From: Deltaproteobacteria bacterium
GTDB lineage: Bacteria > Desulfobacterota > Desulfobacteria > Desulfobacterales > C00003060
NCBI GenBank assembly: GCA_003647275.1
Contig: QMMN01000007.1
Location: 6,830-70,829, forward strand
Direction: 5' to 3'
Length of the DNA stretch: 64,000 nt
Shown: in pieces, positions 20,483-32,376 of the stretch
Numbering within the stretch: the stretch's first letter is position 1
Layout of the letters: each line of letters starts with the position of its first letter
Translations under genes and position numbers: made by a program
Notes under the pieces: generated by a model
Databases searched by the model: none
What the model saw: only the letters and a program-made list of their open reading frames with translations
What the model was told of the DNA's origin: nothing

Positions 20483-23400
20483 TTAGGCGACCTCTTTTCC
20501 TCTCAGTGGCTCCTCTGAGGACTTGTTGCTCCAGTGGTCACAGTCTTTGTGGAAGTTTTGAAGCGATCGAACGGTCATCTTCCTCTTTTTCATCGCTTCA
20601 ATCCCCGAAGCCATGGCACAGGCACCAGCAAGCGTGGTGGCGTATGGCAGACCATATCTTAGGACTGTGCGACGAATGATGCGGGAACCTTTTGCACTTT
20701 CTTTGCCTGAAGGCGTGTTAATCACCAACTGGATATCCCCGTTCTTAATGTAATCAATCACGTTGGGCCGCCCTTCACCGATCTTCTTCACAGGTTGGTT
20801 TATCACGCCGGCTTTTTTTAAGCACTGTGAGGTCCCTCGGGTCGTTAGGATATCAAAGCCCATTTCATACAAGTGCCTTGCCACCGGATAGACCGCCTCC
20901 TTGTCTGCATCCTTGACACTGATAAAGACGGTTCCTTGCGTCGGCAGATATTGTCCTGCACCCAGTTGAGACCGCGCAAATGCCCTGCCAAAGTCAACAT
21001 CGATGCCCATCACCTCACCGGTGGATTTCATCTCAGGGCCCAGAAGAACGTCCACGCCTGGGAAACGATCAAAGGGGAAAACAGCTTCCTTCACTGAAAT
21101 ATGATTGGGTTTTGCTTCTCGAGTCAATCCCAAGTCTTTTAAGGTCCGGCCCAGCATCACCTTGGTAGCCAGCTTGGCCAAGGGAATCCCCGTCGCCTTG
21201 CTGACAAAAGGAATGGTTCGTGAGGCCCTGGGATTGACTTCCAGCACAAAGACTTCTTCGTCCTTGACGGCAAATTGAATGTTGATCAAACCAACCACCT
21301 GGAGTTCACTCGCGAGAGCCCGAGTATTCTCTCTGATCTGTTCCACGAGATCGGGCGGCAGGTCCTGCGGGGGGAGGACACAGGCGCTATCACCTGAATG
21401 GACACCCGCTGCTTCAATGTGCTGCATGATCCCACCGATAATCGTGGTCTGTCCGTCGGAAATCGCATCCACATCAATCTCGATAGCATCTTCAAGGAAT
21501 TTGTCAATCAGGATCGGGTGCTCTGACGCAGCCAGGAGGGCCTCACGCGTAAAGGCCTCCAAAGATAGGCGGTCATAGACAATCTGCATGGCGCGCCCTC
21601 CAAGAACGTAGGAAGGCCGTACAATGACAGGATAGCCGATGGCATCTGCCACAGTTGATGCTTCCTGTACACTGGTCGCGGTCCCGTTATTCGGCTGCTT
21701 CATACCCAGTTTCTTGAGAACATCTTTGAAAAGCTCCCGGTCCTCAGCAAGGGCAATGCTTCTCGGTGACGTCCCAAGGATGGGGACCCCTGCTTCGGCA
21801 AGGGCCGCTGAAAGATTGAGCGGCGTTTGTCCCCCAAATTGCACAATAACCCCTAAGGGTCTTTCGGTCTCCACGATGTTCAAAACATCCTCTTTTGTAA
21901 GAGGCTCAAAATAGAGCTTGTCAGATGTATCATAGTCCGTGCTCACCGTCTCGGGGTTGCTATTGACCATAATGCTCTCGAGGCCTTCTTCCTTCAGGGC
22001 AAAGGAAGCCTGTACACAGCAATAATCAAATTCTATCCCTTGCCCAATCCGATTCGGCCCGCCACCCAGGATCATGACCGTGGGTCTGGTAGAAACCCGT
22101 GCCTCGTTCTCGTTTTCATACGTGGAATAGTAATAGGGGGTTCGAGCTTCAAACTCTGCCGCACAGGTATCTACCAGTTTGTAAACCGGTTGTACGCCAA
22201 GCCGCTTCCGCAAGGCGCGGATCTCATTCTCATCCATTTTCAGGAGGTGAGCCAACTGAACATCAGAAAATCCAAAGCGCTTGCTCTTCCTCATGAGATC
22301 CGCGGGCAAGGGATGACCGGCTGTCAAGATCTCCTGCTCAACACGGACGATCTGGGCAATCTGGTATAGAAACCATGCGTCTATTCCCGTAAGCCTGTGG
22401 ATGGTGTCCACATCCATCCCAGCCTTAATACCGTGCCTAATGTAGAAAAGGCGTTGAGAATTGGGATTAACGAGCTTCTCCCGAATCTCCTCCAGCGAAG
22501 GGACGATCCCTCCCTGCTCTAGTTGATCCCTGCCGTCTGCCCCAAGGCCAAATCGCCCGATCTCCAAAGAACGCAGGCCCTTTTGGAGGGCCTCCTTGAA
22601 TGTCCGGCCGATGGCCATGGTCTCGCCCACTGACTTCATAGCCGTCGTCAGATAATCTTCACTGTCCGGAAATTTCTCAAAGGTCCACCGAGGGATCTTA
22701 ACTACACAGTAGTCAATGGTCGGTTCAAAGGAAGCAACGGTTTCCCCGGTGATGTCGTTTGGAAGCTCGTCCAAGGTATAACCCACAGCCAGCTTGGCGG
22801 CAATCTTGGCAATGGGGAAACCAGTAGCCTTGGAGGCAAGCGCGGAACTCCTTGAGACCCTGGGATTCATCTCGATGACAACCATTTCTCCATCCTCTGG
22901 ATTGACGGCAAACTGGATGTTGGAGCCCCCTGTCTCCACACCAATTTCACGGATCACAGCGATCGCGGCATCACGCATCATCTGATATTCCCTATCGCTC
23001 AAAGTCTGAGCCGGGGCCACGGTAATGCTGTCTCCGGTATGGATGCCCATGGGATCCAAATTTTCGATGGAGCAAATGATCACCACATTGTCTTTTACGT
23101 CCCGCATGACTTCAAGTTCAAATTCTTTCCAGCCGATCACCGATTCCTCGAGCATGATTTCATGAATCAAGCTGGCATCCAACCCCCAGGCAGCCAACCT
23201 CTCAAGGTCTTCCCGGTTGTAGGCCACACCACCACCTGTCCCGCCCAGCGTAAAGCTAGGTCGGACAATAATCGGATAGCCGATGCGGTCTGCAATCTCT
23301 CGAGCCCTCTCCATATCCCGGGCAATGCCGCTTTTGGGCACCCGCAGTCCTATGCGTTCCATGGCCGCCCGAAACAGGTTCCGGTCCTCGGCCTTCTTAA

Positions 23401-23767
23401 TGACATCGACTGAGGCCCCGATCATTTCCACCTTAAATTTTTCCAGCACCCCCATGTTAGCGACTTGCACAGCCGTGTTCAGACCTGTTTGCCCGCCAAG
23501 GGTCGGTAGAATGGCCTGCGGTCTTTCTTGTTCGATAATCATGGCAACCATCTCAGGTGTGACCGGCTCGATATAAGTATGGTCGGCCATCTCAGGATCG
23601 GTCATGATGGTTGCGGGGTTGCTGTTCACAAGCACAATCTCATAGCCTTCCTCTTTTAAGGCCTTGCACGCTTGAGTCCCCGAGTAGTCAAATTCGCAGG
23701 CCTGGCTGATAATAATCGGCCCGGATCCGATGATCATGATCTTTGATATGTCTGTCCTCTTGGGCAT
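20483..23767 (-). CDS. carB: Carbamoyl-phosphate synthase large subunit
   Basis: 1094 aa. Duplicated ATP-grasp halves and an N-terminus [25 protein letters not shown]. Confidence 0.95.
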   Translation of the reverse strand: MPKRTDISKIMIIGSGPIIISQACEFDYSGTQACKALKEEGYEIVLVNSNPATIMTDPEMADHTYIEPVTPEMVAMIIEQERPQAILPTLGGQTGLNTAVQVANMGVLEKFKVEMIGASVDVIKKAEDRNLFRAAMERIGLRVPKSGIARDMERAREIADRIGYPIIVRPSFTLGGTGGGVAYNREDLERLAAWGLDASLIHEIMLEESVIGWKEFELEVMRDVKDNVVIICSIENLDPMGIHTGDSITVAPAQTLSDREYQMMRDAAIAVIREIGVETGGSNIQFAVNPEDGEMVVIEMNPRVSRSSALASKATGFPIAKIAAKLAVGYTLDELPNDITGETVASFEPTIDYCVVKIPRWTFEKFPDSEDYLTTAMKSVGETMAIGRTFKEALQKGLRSLEIGRFGLGADGRDQLEQGGIVPSLEEIREKLVNPNSQRLFYIRHGIKAGMDVDTIHRLTGIDAWFLYQIAQIVRVEQEILTAGHPLPADLMRKSKRFGFSDVQLAHLLKMDENEIRALRKRLGVQPVYKLVDTCAAEFEARTPYYYSTYENENEARVSTRPTVMILGGGPNRIGQGIEFDYCCVQASFALKEEGLESIMVNSNPETVSTDYDTSDKLYFEPLTKEDVLNIVETERPLGVIVQFGGQTPLNLSAALAEAGVPILGTSPRSIALAEDRELFKDVLKKLGMKQPNNGTATSVQEASTVADAIGYPVIVRPSYVLGGRAMQIVYDRLSLEAFTREALLAASEHPILIDKFLEDAIEIDVDAISDGQTTIIGGIMQHIEAAGVHSGDSACVLPPQDLPPDLVEQIRENTRALASELQVVGLINIQFAVKDEEVFVLEVNPRASRTIPFVSKATGIPLAKLATKVMLGRTLKDLGLTREAKPNHISVKEAVFPFDRFPGVDVLLGPEMKSTGEVMGIDVDFGRAFARSQLGAGQYLPTQGTVFISVKDADKEAVYPVARHLYEMGFDILTTRGTSQCLKKAGVINQPVKKIGEGRPNVIDYIKNGDIQLVINTPSGKESAKGSRIIRRTVLRYGLPYATTLAGACAMASGIEAMKKRKMTVRSLQNFHKDCDHWSNKSSEEPLRGKEVA

Positions 23768-23875
23768 GTGTGTGTTACTCGTTATTCGAAAATCGTTATT
23801 CGCGGCTCGTTACGTTTCACGTATGACGGTAACCGAAACGAGCTGCGTAACCGATAAACGACAAACGATTCTCGA

Positions 23876-25405
23876 TCATTCCCACTCAATGGTACTCGGT
23901 GGTTTGGAGCTAATGTCATATACCACGCGGTTGACGCCTCTGACCTCATTGATAATCCGGTTGGAGATCCTTCCAAGTAGGGAATGGGGAAGCTTGGCCC
24001 AATCAGCGGTCATGGCATCAGTGCTGGTCACCGCCCGAATGGCCACAATGTATTCATACGTTCTCTGGTCCCCCATGATCCCAACGCTTTTCAGGGGAAG
24101 GAGCACCGCAAAAGACTGCCATAACTTTTTATAAAGGTTGCTTGCCCTTATTTCCTCAAGGAGAACGGCATCTACCTTCCGTAAGATGGAAAGCCTTCTA
24201 CGTGTGACGTCACCGATGATTCGAATGGCTAAACCCGGGCCCGGGAAGGGTTGCCTCCAGATAAGATCCTCGGGGAGTCCAAGTGCTTTTCCAAGCAAAC
24301 GGACTTCATCCTTGAAAAGGTGCTTGAGGGGTTCAATGAGTTTCAGCCTCATCTTCTTGGGAAGCCCTCCAACATTATGGTGCGATTTGATCACAGCGCT
24401 GGGGCCCCCAAAAGCCGACCTGGACTCGATGACATCAGGATAGAGGGTCCCTTGGGCCAGAAACTCGACCCCCTTTATCTTGCGGGCCTCGTTTTCAAAG
24501 GCTCGTATAAATGTGCGACCAATAATCTTTCGCTTCTTTTCAGGGTCCACAACCCCCTTTAACCCCTCCAGAAACGGCCTCCTGGCATTGACAAATCTCA
24601 AATTCACCTTAAAGTGTCCCTTAAAAAGTGCCCTGACCTGTTCTGCCTCTGACTGCCTTAAAAGGCCATTATCCAAAAAGATGCACGTCAATTGATTCCC
24701 AATGGCCCGATGCAGGAGCAAGGCGGCAACCGATGAATCCACACCACCGCTTAGTCCCAGGATCACCTTTTTGTCTCCAACCTGAGACCTGATGTCCTGG
24801 ACGGACTCTCTGATGAAAGATTTCATCGTCCAGGTCTTCTTGCACCCACAGATTCGGAAAAGAAAGTTTTTCAGCATCTTCTTTCCCTTAGGTGTATGGA
24901 TGACTTCAGGGTGAAATTGCAGCCCATAAAAGTTTTTTGTGGAATTTTCAGTAGCTGCCACCCTGGTGTTGGGCGTCCATGCCGTGATCCTGAAACCGCT
25001 GGGCAACTTTTCAATGGTGTCTCCATGGCTCATCCAGCATCTTGTCTTTTTTTCGATGCCATAGAAAATGCCTCTTCCATCTTTTATGTGCAGCTCGGCA
25101 AACCCGTATTCTCTTTTTTCAGCCTTTCTTACCTCACCTCCCAAGGCATCCATCATGTACTGCATCCCGTAGCAGATACCAAGAATAGGAATACCTAAAT
25201 CAAAGATGCCCGGATCCACCCTTGGACTGCTCTTTTCATAGATGCTTGCCGGGCCTCCAGACAGGATGATCCCTTCTGGAGAAAGGGCCTTGATCTGTGC
25301 GGTATCTATCCCGTGAGGTTCGATCTGACAATAGACGTGATGTTCCCGGACGCGCCGGGCGATAAGCTGGTTGTATTGGGAGCCAAAATCAATGATCAAG
25401 ATCAC
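23876..25405 (-). CDS. guaA: GMP synthase (glutamine-hydrolysing)
   Basis: N-terminal type-1 GATase, the PP-loop SGGVDSS, and a canonical C-terminus PPSTIEWE. Confidence 0.95.
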   Translation of the reverse strand: MILIIDFGSQYNQLIARRVREHHVYCQIEPHGIDTAQIKALSPEGIILSGGPASIYEKSSPRVDPGIFDLGIPILGICYGMQYMMDALGGEVRKAEKREYGFAELHIKDGRGIFYGIEKKTRCWMSHGDTIEKLPSGFRITAWTPNTRVAATENSTKNFYGLQFHPEVIHTPKGKKMLKNFLFRICGCKKTWTMKSFIRESVQDIRSQVGDKKVILGLSGGVDSSVAALLLHRAIGNQLTCIFLDNGLLRQSEAEQVRALFKGHFKVNLRFVNARRPFLEGLKGVVDPEKKRKIIGRTFIRAFENEARKIKGVEFLAQGTLYPDVIESRSAFGGPSAVIKSHHNVGGLPKKMRLKLIEPLKHLFKDEVRLLGKALGLPEDLIWRQPFPGPGLAIRIIGDVTRRRLSILRKVDAVLLEEIRASNLYKKLWQSFAVLLPLKSVGIMGDQRTYEYIVAIRAVTSTDAMTADWAKLPHSLLGRISNRIINEVRGVNRVVYDISSKPPSTIEWE

Positions 25406-26499
25406 GCCTGTGCCCTCCCCTTCCTGCCCATAAAGCCAATAAACTGATCAAACAGGTAGCTCGCGTCATGAGGACCGGGGGAAGCCTCAGGATGATACTG
25501 CACCGAAAGGATGGGAAGACTTCGATGCCTCATGCCTTCAAGGGTCTGGTCGTTCAGGTTGATATGGGTTATCTCAATCTCCGGATCTTTGATCGAATCA
25601 ATGTCAACACAAAAACCGTGGTTCTGGGCTGTGATTTCCACCTTGCCTGTCAGGAGATTCTTGACCGGATGGTTTGCACCCCGGTGACCAAATTTCAATT
25701 TAAAGGTCTTACCACCAAAGGCAAGACCCAAAAGTTGATGGCCCAAGCAGATACCAAACATGGGATAATCCCCGATCAGGCGCTTGATGGTATCAACGAC
25801 ATAGTGGATGGGCTCAGGGTCTCCCGGGCCATTGGAAATGACGATGCCATCAGGGTTCATGGCCTTGATCTCCTCAGCAGCAGTAGAAGCCGGCACAATC
25901 GTCACATTGCACCCTCTCCGGGCTAAGCATCGAGCGATGTTGAACTTCATGCCGCAATCGAGCACAACGATGTTAAGGTGAGCCTCTTTGTCTTGTGATG
26001 TCCAATAGGGCTTAAGACAGGTAACCTCTTTGACCAAATCACGACCAACAAGTCCTTGAGAAGCCTTAGCCTTTTTAATCAAAGAAGCAGGATCGAGGTC
26101 CGTGGTTGAGATGACACCCTTCATCGCGCCTTCCAGTCTGATATGTCGCGTCAGCGCGCGGGTATCCACGCCCTCAATGCCAATAATTCCTTGCCGGCTC
26201 AGATAATCGGCTAGGGTCTCTTGAGATCGCCAATTGCTCGGTATGGGTTCATACTCTTTTACGACAAACCCCTCAACCTGAATCCTGCTTGATTCAACGT
26301 CTTGGGAGTTGATGCCGTAATTACCAATGAGGGGATAGGTCATGGTGACAATTTGCCCCTTGTAAGAGGGGTCTGTCAGAATTTCCTGGTAACCTGTCAT
26401 GCTTGTGTTAAAAACGACCTCGCCCGAGACCTCTCCCTCCCCGGCAAAGGTGTTCCCATAAAACACGGTTCCGTCTTCTAAGGCCAATAATGCTTTCAT
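25402..26499 (-). CDS. carA: Carbamoyl-phosphate synthase small (glutaminase) subunit
   Basis: [16 protein letters not shown]-terminus and GICLGHQ. The start is reset to ATG 26499, one nt after the hisF stop. The longer ORF-track start overlaps hisF. Confidence 0.9.
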   Translation of the reverse strand: MKALLALEDGTVFYGNTFAGEGEVSGEVVFNTSMTGYQEILTDPSYKGQIVTMTYPLIGNYGINSQDVESSRIQVEGFVVKEYEPIPSNWRSQETLADYLSRQGIIGIEGVDTRALTRHIRLEGAMKGVISTTDLDPASLIKKAKASQGLVGRDLVKEVTCLKPYWTSQDKEAHLNIVVLDCGMKFNIARCLARRGCNVTIVPASTAAEEIKAMNPDGIVISNGPGDPEPIHYVVDTIKRLIGDYPMFGICLGHQLLGLAFGGKTFKLKFGHRGANHPVKNLLTGKVEITAQNHGFCVDIDSIKDPEIEITHINLNDQTLEGMRHRSLPILSVQYHPEASPGPHDASYLFDQFIGFMGRKGRAQA

Positions 26500-26500
26500 C

Positions 26501-27280
26501 CTACCAGCGCATCCGCACCTTGACGTCGCGAGCGTGCAGCGTTTCCTTAATCTGCCTGATCGTGTAAGTCCCATAGTGGACGATAGAGGCCACAAGGGCG
26601 GCATCGGCCTTGCCCTTGGTTAGGACGTCATGGATATGATTGATGTTCCCGGCACCACCCGAAGCGATGACCGGAATATTTACATTCTCAGATATGAGAG
26701 GCGTTAACGTCATTTCATAACCCTGCTGGGTGCCGTCCGCATCAATAGAATTCAGGCATATCTCGCCTGCCCCCAAGCCTTCCGCCTCCTTGGCCCAAGC
26801 AAGGGCGTCTATTCCCGTATAAGTCCTGCCGCCGTGAATAACGATCTCATAACCTGACGGGATCTTATGAGAGGCTTCCACCTTTTTGACGTCCATCCCG
26901 AGGACAATGCACTGGCTCCCAAAGGCCCTGGCCCCATCTGAGATGATCTTAGGACTCTGGACTGCCGCCGTGTTCACACTGACCTTTTCCGCCCCGGCCA
27001 AAAGCACTCGGCGCATATCGTCGAGGGTCCTAATCCCTCCACCCACGGAGAAGGGGATAAAGATCTCCCCGGCCACGCGGCGGACCACATCGATCATAAT
27101 ATCACGGTGGTCGCTCGAAGCCGTGATGTCGTAAAAGACGATCTCGTCGGCCCCCTGCTCATAATAGAACCTGGCCATCTCCACAGGGTCGCCGATGTCC
27201 ACATTCCCTTTGAACTTTATCCCCTTGGTTGTCTTCCCGTCTCTCACATCAAGACAGGGTATAATCCTTTTACTCAGCAT
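26501..27280 (-). CDS. hisF: Imidazole glycerol phosphate synthase, cyclase subunit
   Basis: [21 protein letters not shown]-terminus. 259 aa. Confidence 0.95.
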   Translation of the reverse strand: MLSKRIIPCLDVRDGKTTKGIKFKGNVDIGDPVEMARFYYEQGADEIVFYDITASSDHRDIMIDVVRRVAGEIFIPFSVGGGIRTLDDMRRVLLAGAEKVSVNTAAVQSPKIISDGARAFGSQCIVLGMDVKKVEASHKIPSGYEIVIHGGRTYTGIDALAWAKEAEGLGAGEICLNSIDADGTQQGYEMTLTPLISENVNIPVIASGGAGNINHIHDVLTKGKADAALVASIVHYGTYTIRQIKETLHARDVKVRMRW

Positions 27281-27911
27281 GGCGACCGTTCCAGGTGCAA
27301 AAATTCTTCAGGATCCTTAACCCGGCCGGGCCGCTCTTTTCCGGGTGAAACTGCACGGCGATCAGGTTCTTATAACCAATGATGGACGGAAACTCTATAC
27401 CGTAGCAGGTGGTCCCAAACACATATTCATCCGAGGCAGGCCGGGGATAATAAGCATGAACGAAATAGAACTCATCGTCTGGCGTGATCCCTTCCAGAAC
27501 CGGGTGTCTCTTGAGAAAATGCACGCCGTTCCACCCCATATGGGGTATCTTAAGTCGTTCGCTTTCCTCAGAAAAAAGAGGGTTAGGAAAGAGCTTAACA
27601 TCTCCTTTGATCAACCCTAAACACTGGGCATCATTCTCTTCGCTCTTTTCCAGGATAATCTGGGCCCCCAAACAAATCCCCAGGATCGGTTTATGGGCCT
27701 CAAACGCTTGCTTCAATACCTTATCTAACCCAAGTTGCCTGAGATCAGCCATGGCCTTTCCGGCCGCCCCTACCCCCGGGAAAATGATCCTTTCACAGTT
27801 TAAGATCTCTTCCTTGCTTTGAGTGATTCGACAAGAAAAGTCCAATTTCTTCAGGGCACGCTCCACACTGCTCAGGTTGCCAGCCTTATAATCAATGATC
27901 GCAATCATCAA
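27270..27911 (-). CDS. hisH: Imidazole glycerol phosphate synthase, glutaminase subunit
   Basis: [25 protein letters not shown], and an 11-nt overlap with hisF. Confidence 0.9.
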   Translation of the reverse strand: MMIAIIDYKAGNLSSVERALKKLDFSCRITQSKEEILNCERIIFPGVGAAGKAMADLRQLGLDKVLKQAFEAHKPILGICLGAQIILEKSEENDAQCLGLIKGDVKLFPNPLFSEESERLKIPHMGWNGVHFLKRHPVLEGITPDDEFYFVHAYYPRPASDEYVFGTTCYGIEFPSIIGYKNLIAVQFHPEKSGPAGLRILKNFCTWNGRHAE

Positions 27912-28287
27912 TTTGTCCTTGTATCACTATAAAAGAAAATCCTGCAACCAAAATCTTGATGCATCCGACTGCCTAACAGAGACCGATGCTGCGAACGATT
28001 TCGGCATTGATGGCGATGGCAGTGCTTCAAAACTTTTTTAAATGATTACAAAAAACGAACAGGCCAAGGCATGAAGCGGACAGGCATCAAGGACCACTTA
28101 TGAGGCCCTCTCCGCCTTTGTTGAAAGTGGCTGGCCGGAGGAAAGGCAGGTTTTGTCTCAAGCCTCAAGGGCCTTAAAACCTTGATCAACCAAAGCGTCG
28201 TCCATTTGCTTTGGTATTTTCGTCTGCTTGTGTTTTTCTGATCGGTTTTTCTCGTATTTGATTTGGAAAGTAGAGCTGCAACCGACA

Positions 28288-30618
28288 CTACACAAGTGGT
28301 TCATTTTCCACAAGGCTCCAGATCCCGCAAGGGCAAGCCCCTGCGCAGAACCCGCATCCGATGCATCTATCGGGATCCACGACCATCTCAAAGTCTCCAT
28401 TACCCGCTTCCTGTTTGGAAATCGCCCCCTGAGGACAAATGGTCACGCAGATGCCACAGTCCCGACAAACCCCACAAGAGGAACACTGTTCGGCACATGC
28501 TTGGATGTCATCAAACTGCATCAGCCGGGGATCGAAGTATTCCAGCTTGATGCGGGAATAATCGATCATCCGGCGTGTGTCGCTCTGCGGGCGCTTGCCC
28601 GCCAGGATATCCGTGATCGCCTGGGCTGCCTTTCGACCGGCCCCTATGGCATCGGTCAGAAGACCCAATTTCACGACATCTCCAATGGCAAAAATCTGCG
28701 GATCCGTGGTCTGATAAATATCATTCACCACGATGAACCCCCGCTCCGTGGCGACCGTCTCCGGGAGAAAGTCCAGATCAGGCTGATCTCCGATCGATAT
28801 GATCACTGTATCTGCCGGAATCACTTCACCCGTAGTCAGCTCCAAACCTTCCTTGGTGACGGCTTTGGTAAAGCAAGGCCAACGGAACTTGGCCCCGATA
28901 CGCTCAGCTTCTTCTCTCTCTTTGCCAAATGACGCAGGTTGCTGAACATCAATCAGCGTAATCTCCTCGGCGCCAAGGCGGTGTGCTTCGGTCGCCACGT
29001 CACAGCCCACATTCCCCGCGCCAATGATCACCACACGCTTTCCCACTTGGGCTTGGTCTTGCTTGCTTTGCCTGAGAAAATCAAGGGCGGGGATCATTCT
29101 TTCCTTCCCTGGAACAGGCAGGATTCGAGGTTTTTGTGCCCCCACAGCAATAACCACAAAATCGTAGTCCACCTTCAACTGTTCGAGATCCTCGCGAGTG
29201 GGGTGCTGCTGGAGATGGATATGGGGCAGGGCCTTGCGAACTCGCTCCAGTTCCGCGCTCACGACCTCTTTTGGAATGCGGGTCTCGGGGATGACAGATG
29301 TAATCTTGCCTCCCAAAGTCTTGTCCATGTCAAAAATAACCGCCTCATGGCCTTCCTGGCGAAGCTGCCAAGCTACGGAGATGCCGGCAGGACCGCCCCC
29401 GATCACAGCGATGCGTTTGCCTGTCAAAGCTGGCAGCTCCGGCAATTTTGCATTAAGACTCGCCTTACCCAGCTCCTTCACATCTACCGGCACCATATTG
29501 GCAGTTTGCCGGGTACAGCCCTGCATACACAGGTTGGGACACAGATAACCACACACAGTGGCAGGGAAAGGCGTGTACGCCAAAGCTAAATCCACAGCTT
29601 CATCCATGCGGCCTTCACGGATCAGCTGCCAACGCTCATGCACCGGCATGCCGGTGGGACAATTGGCCTCACAGGGGGGGACATATTTTCGGTTCTCCCA
29701 AACCGGTACAAAGCGGCGCAGGTCACCGGTCGTAATGACCGGAATGGGACTTCGGTCAAGGTCGCTCAAATCTCCAATCAATCCGCCTGTGCCCAATTCC
29801 TTTTCCCAAACTTCCTGGCGGAAGGTGCCCACGGACCGTCTCGGCTTTGTGGCTTTCTCGTGAGGACTACGTGCCACCAAAAGTTGCCATTGCCCTCGGT
29901 TGGAAAGCTGCTCGAAGATATGGGAACGATGAATTTTTTCGAGAAAGACTTGCAGGTTTTTGACCAGCCACGCCCAATCTTCATCACTCATGGGTACCAG
30001 CTTGGCATCCACCTGGCTGAATCCCTTGTGAGGGCCCCGAAAAAAAATCCTCCCTCCCACCATCCCCACACACGGACGGTAACCCAAGACGTTGTCTGGA
30101 TCTTGCGCTTCGTGACCGCAGACAACGGCAATCCCCCCTGCCATGAACTCAGCAAAATAGTCCCCCACAGATCCCAAGACCCAGAGTTCGGGGGGATCAA
30201 AACGAGGGTTGTACTTCGTCATGGTCATGGCGCGGGCGCCGACGTTTCCCGCAACATAGATCTTTCCCTGGGCCATGGCATTGGCCACCCCATTGGTGGT
30301 ATGCCCATGGACGATGATCTCGGCACCTGCATTGAGCCAACCCACATCGTCGGAAGCCGGTCCCATAATTTCAATCTGTGTGTTGGGAAAGCCCATGGAT
30401 CCCACACGCTGTCCGGGGGAGCCGTTGATCTTCATATAAACCGGCACATCCCCTGCCCGCCACAATCGGCCCCCAATCCCGTGTTGGCCGTAGGCTTCCA
30501 CTTCCAGGCATCGATGGCCCTCAGCCACTGCTTTCTGGATTCGCTCTTCCAAAACTCGTGATTCCAGGCGACGGCCGTTTTCCATTCCGGAGATCGAATA
30601 TGATTGTACGTGTTCCAT
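28288..30618 (-). CDS. Glutamate synthase component: a fusion of a GXGXG (GltB C-terminal) domain, a GltD-like FAD/NAD(P)H oxidoreductase and 2x[4Fe-4S] ferredoxin
   Basis: N-terminal repeated G-x-G blocks (INGSPGQRVGSMG, VHGHTTNGVANAMAQGKIYVAGNVGARA). GltD-like CPTG...CPNLCMQGCTR, the dinucleotide folds VIGGGPAG and IIGAGNVG, and C-terminal CSSCGVCRDCGICVTICP and CIGCGFCAGACPCG. Confidence 0.8.
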   Translation of the reverse strand: MEHVQSYSISGMENGRRLESRVLEERIQKAVAEGHRCLEVEAYGQHGIGGRLWRAGDVPVYMKINGSPGQRVGSMGFPNTQIEIMGPASDDVGWLNAGAEIIVHGHTTNGVANAMAQGKIYVAGNVGARAMTMTKYNPRFDPPELWVLGSVGDYFAEFMAGGIAVVCGHEAQDPDNVLGYRPCVGMVGGRIFFRGPHKGFSQVDAKLVPMSDEDWAWLVKNLQVFLEKIHRSHIFEQLSNRGQWQLLVARSPHEKATKPRRSVGTFRQEVWEKELGTGGLIGDLSDLDRSPIPVITTGDLRRFVPVWENRKYVPPCEANCPTGMPVHERWQLIREGRMDEAVDLALAYTPFPATVCGYLCPNLCMQGCTRQTANMVPVDVKELGKASLNAKLPELPALTGKRIAVIGGGPAGISVAWQLRQEGHEAVIFDMDKTLGGKITSVIPETRIPKEVVSAELERVRKALPHIHLQQHPTREDLEQLKVDYDFVVIAVGAQKPRILPVPGKERMIPALDFLRQSKQDQAQVGKRVVIIGAGNVGCDVATEAHRLGAEEITLIDVQQPASFGKEREEAERIGAKFRWPCFTKAVTKEGLELTTGEVIPADTVIISIGDQPDLDFLPETVATERGFIVVNDIYQTTDPQIFAIGDVVKLGLLTDAIGAGRKAAQAITDILAGKRPQSDTRRMIDYSRIKLEYFDPRLMQFDDIQACAEQCSSCGVCRDCGICVTICPQGAISKQEAGNGDFEMVVDPDRCIGCGFCAGACPCGIWSLVENEPLV

Positions 30619-30741
30619 ATCTATCTAGCTTAACTCAAAGCTCAAGGGTGAAAGGTAAAAGAAAGACAAACCAAAACTCACAAAGCTCAAAGGCTGGAAG
30701 GTCATTCTCGCTTTGTGCCTCCAGCTTTGAGCTTTGATCGA

Positions 30742-32376
30742 TCATACCACATATCTGATTTGAAGCCGTTCGGCCGCAGCCTGATCGTTGATCCCGATTG
30801 CATCAGACATGCCGATGGGAAGCGAGGTGGAACGGCCAAGGGGCGCCATGATTTTTTTGAGCTCAGTGTCAAAGGAAAGAAAAACATCCACGACGCGCTC
30901 TGCCACCTGCTCCGGGTCCAGGCGCCGGTCAAGGCGGGGATCCTGGGACGTGATCCCCTTGGGGCAAAGCCCGATATTACAGATGTTGCACCGATCCGAC
31001 TCCGAGCCGACACATCCGGCCGCTGCTTGCATGATGTACTTGCCTATTTGCACACCGCTTGCTCCTAACATGATCAGAGCGGCTGCGTTTGCTGCCAGGT
31101 TGCCACTCTTACCCACACCGCCACCGGCAAAGAGGGGAATTTCGTTCTGCATGCCCAGCTTAACCAGATTGAGATAGCAGTCGCGGATATTGCTGGCTAT
31201 GGGGTGCCCCATGTGATTCATGGACACGTTGTACGCAGCGCCTGTGCCGCCGTCTTCTCCGTCAATAGCCAAGGCGGCCGCGTACGGGTTTCGGGTCAGG
31301 TTATTGAGGACCGCCAGGGCCGTGGTGGTCCCAGAAATCTTGGGATAAACGGGCACCCGAAAACCCCAGGCCATATACATGGACTGGATCATTTTTGCCA
31401 CAGATTCTTCAATAGAATACTTGGTCTGGTGCGTGGGCGGACTGGGAAGGCTCACCCCCGGGGGAACTCCCCGAATCGCCGCAATGAGTTTATTCACTTT
31501 GTACCACATGAGCAACCCGCCGTCCCCGGGCTTGGCCCCTTGCCCGTACTTGATTTCAATGGCGCAGGGATCTTCCTTCATTTCGGGTATGGCGCGGATG
31601 ATTTCGTCCCAGCCAAAGTAGCCGCTAGCGATCTGTAAAATAACGTACTTCAAAAACCGTGATCGCAAAAGCCGCGGCGGACAGCCTCCTTCTCCGGTGC
31701 AGATACAAACCGGCATACCGAGCTCTTCGTTAAGGTAGGCCACACCCATTTGGAGCCCTTCCCACATGTTTGGGGAAAGCGCCCCAAAGGACATCGCTCC
31801 AATCATTAAGGGGTAAATTTCCCGCACAGGGGGGATCCAACCCTCCTCATGGAGGAGCTTCATGTTTTCCTCAGGAGGCAGAACTCGGCCCAGTAAGGTG
31901 CGAAGCTCAAATTCGTGCCGTCCGGCATCCAAGGCAGGGTCGGTCAACATGGATATACGGATGAATTTGATTTGATCCAGAACGCCACCAGGGACATTTC
32001 TGCGTCCTCCACGCCGGCGGGGCTGGCCGCCTCGATTGATGTGATATCTCAGCTTATCCGCCTCATCACTCCGATAAGGGATAATGCAATCGTTGGGACA
32101 GACCAGAGTACACATGGCACATCCCACACAGGCGTATGAGGGGTCGGTTCTTTGCCGGATGCCGTAATACACCCGATACACATTGGACGGGGCCTCGGTC
32201 AGCCCGACCGGGGTTTCAACCAATCGCTGACGGTGCACACCCAATTCAATGGCATGAACCGGACAAACAGCCGTGCAGCGTCCACACAGGGAGCATCGAT
32301 CTTTATCCCAATGAATCTGCCAGGGCAGATCCTTGACGCTTAGTGTGGAAGGGGCAATTCTTCCGTTTGACGACAT
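30742..32376 (-). CDS. Glutamate synthase FMN/central-domain subunit with an N-terminal 2x[4Fe-4S] ferredoxin domain
   Basis: CSLCGRCTAVCP and CVGCAMCTLVCP, followed by FMN-domain blocks (EIKYGQGAKPGDGG, IPLFAGGGV). Confidence 0.85.
   Translation of the reverse strand: MSSNGRIAPSTLSVKDLPWQIHWDKDRCSLCGRCTAVCPVHAIELGVHRQRLVETPVGLTEAPSNVYRVYYGIRQRTDPSYACVGCAMCTLVCPNDCIIPYRSDEADKLRYHINRGGQPRRRGGRRNVPGGVLDQIKFIRISMLTDPALDAGRHEFELRTLLGRVLPPEENMKLLHEEGWIPPVREIYPLMIGAMSFGALSPNMWEGLQMGVAYLNEELGMPVCICTGEGGCPPRLLRSRFLKYVILQIASGYFGWDEIIRAIPEMKEDPCAIEIKYGQGAKPGDGGLLMWYKVNKLIAAIRGVPPGVSLPSPPTHQTKYSIEESVAKMIQSMYMAWGFRVPVYPKISGTTTALAVLNNLTRNPYAAALAIDGEDGGTGAAYNVSMNHMGHPIASNIRDCYLNLVKLGMQNEIPLFAGGGVGKSGNLAANAAALIMLGASGVQIGKYIMQAAAGCVGSESDRCNICNIGLCPKGITSQDPRLDRRLDPEQVAERVVDVFLSFDTELKKIMAPLGRSTSLPIGMSDAIGINDQAAAERLQIRYVV

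Noticed and set aside
26500-26604. Longer carA ORF start (35 extra codons)
   Set aside because: The extension overlaps the 3' end of hisF and encodes non-conserved Arg/Cys-rich sequence. The conserved CarA N-terminus starts at ATG 26499.
28011-28025. Plus-strand TGGCGATGGCAGTGC with sigma-54-like GG-N10-GC spacing
   Set aside because: Flanking positions fit the consensus poorly. There is no credible plus-strand gene downstream, only an antisense shadow ORF.
28228-30561. Long plus-strand ORFs (234, 216, 116 and 307 aa) across the GltD-fusion gene
   Set aside because: All are antisense shadows of a minus-strand gene with clear domain signatures. Their translations are Arg/Gly/His-rich with no motifs.
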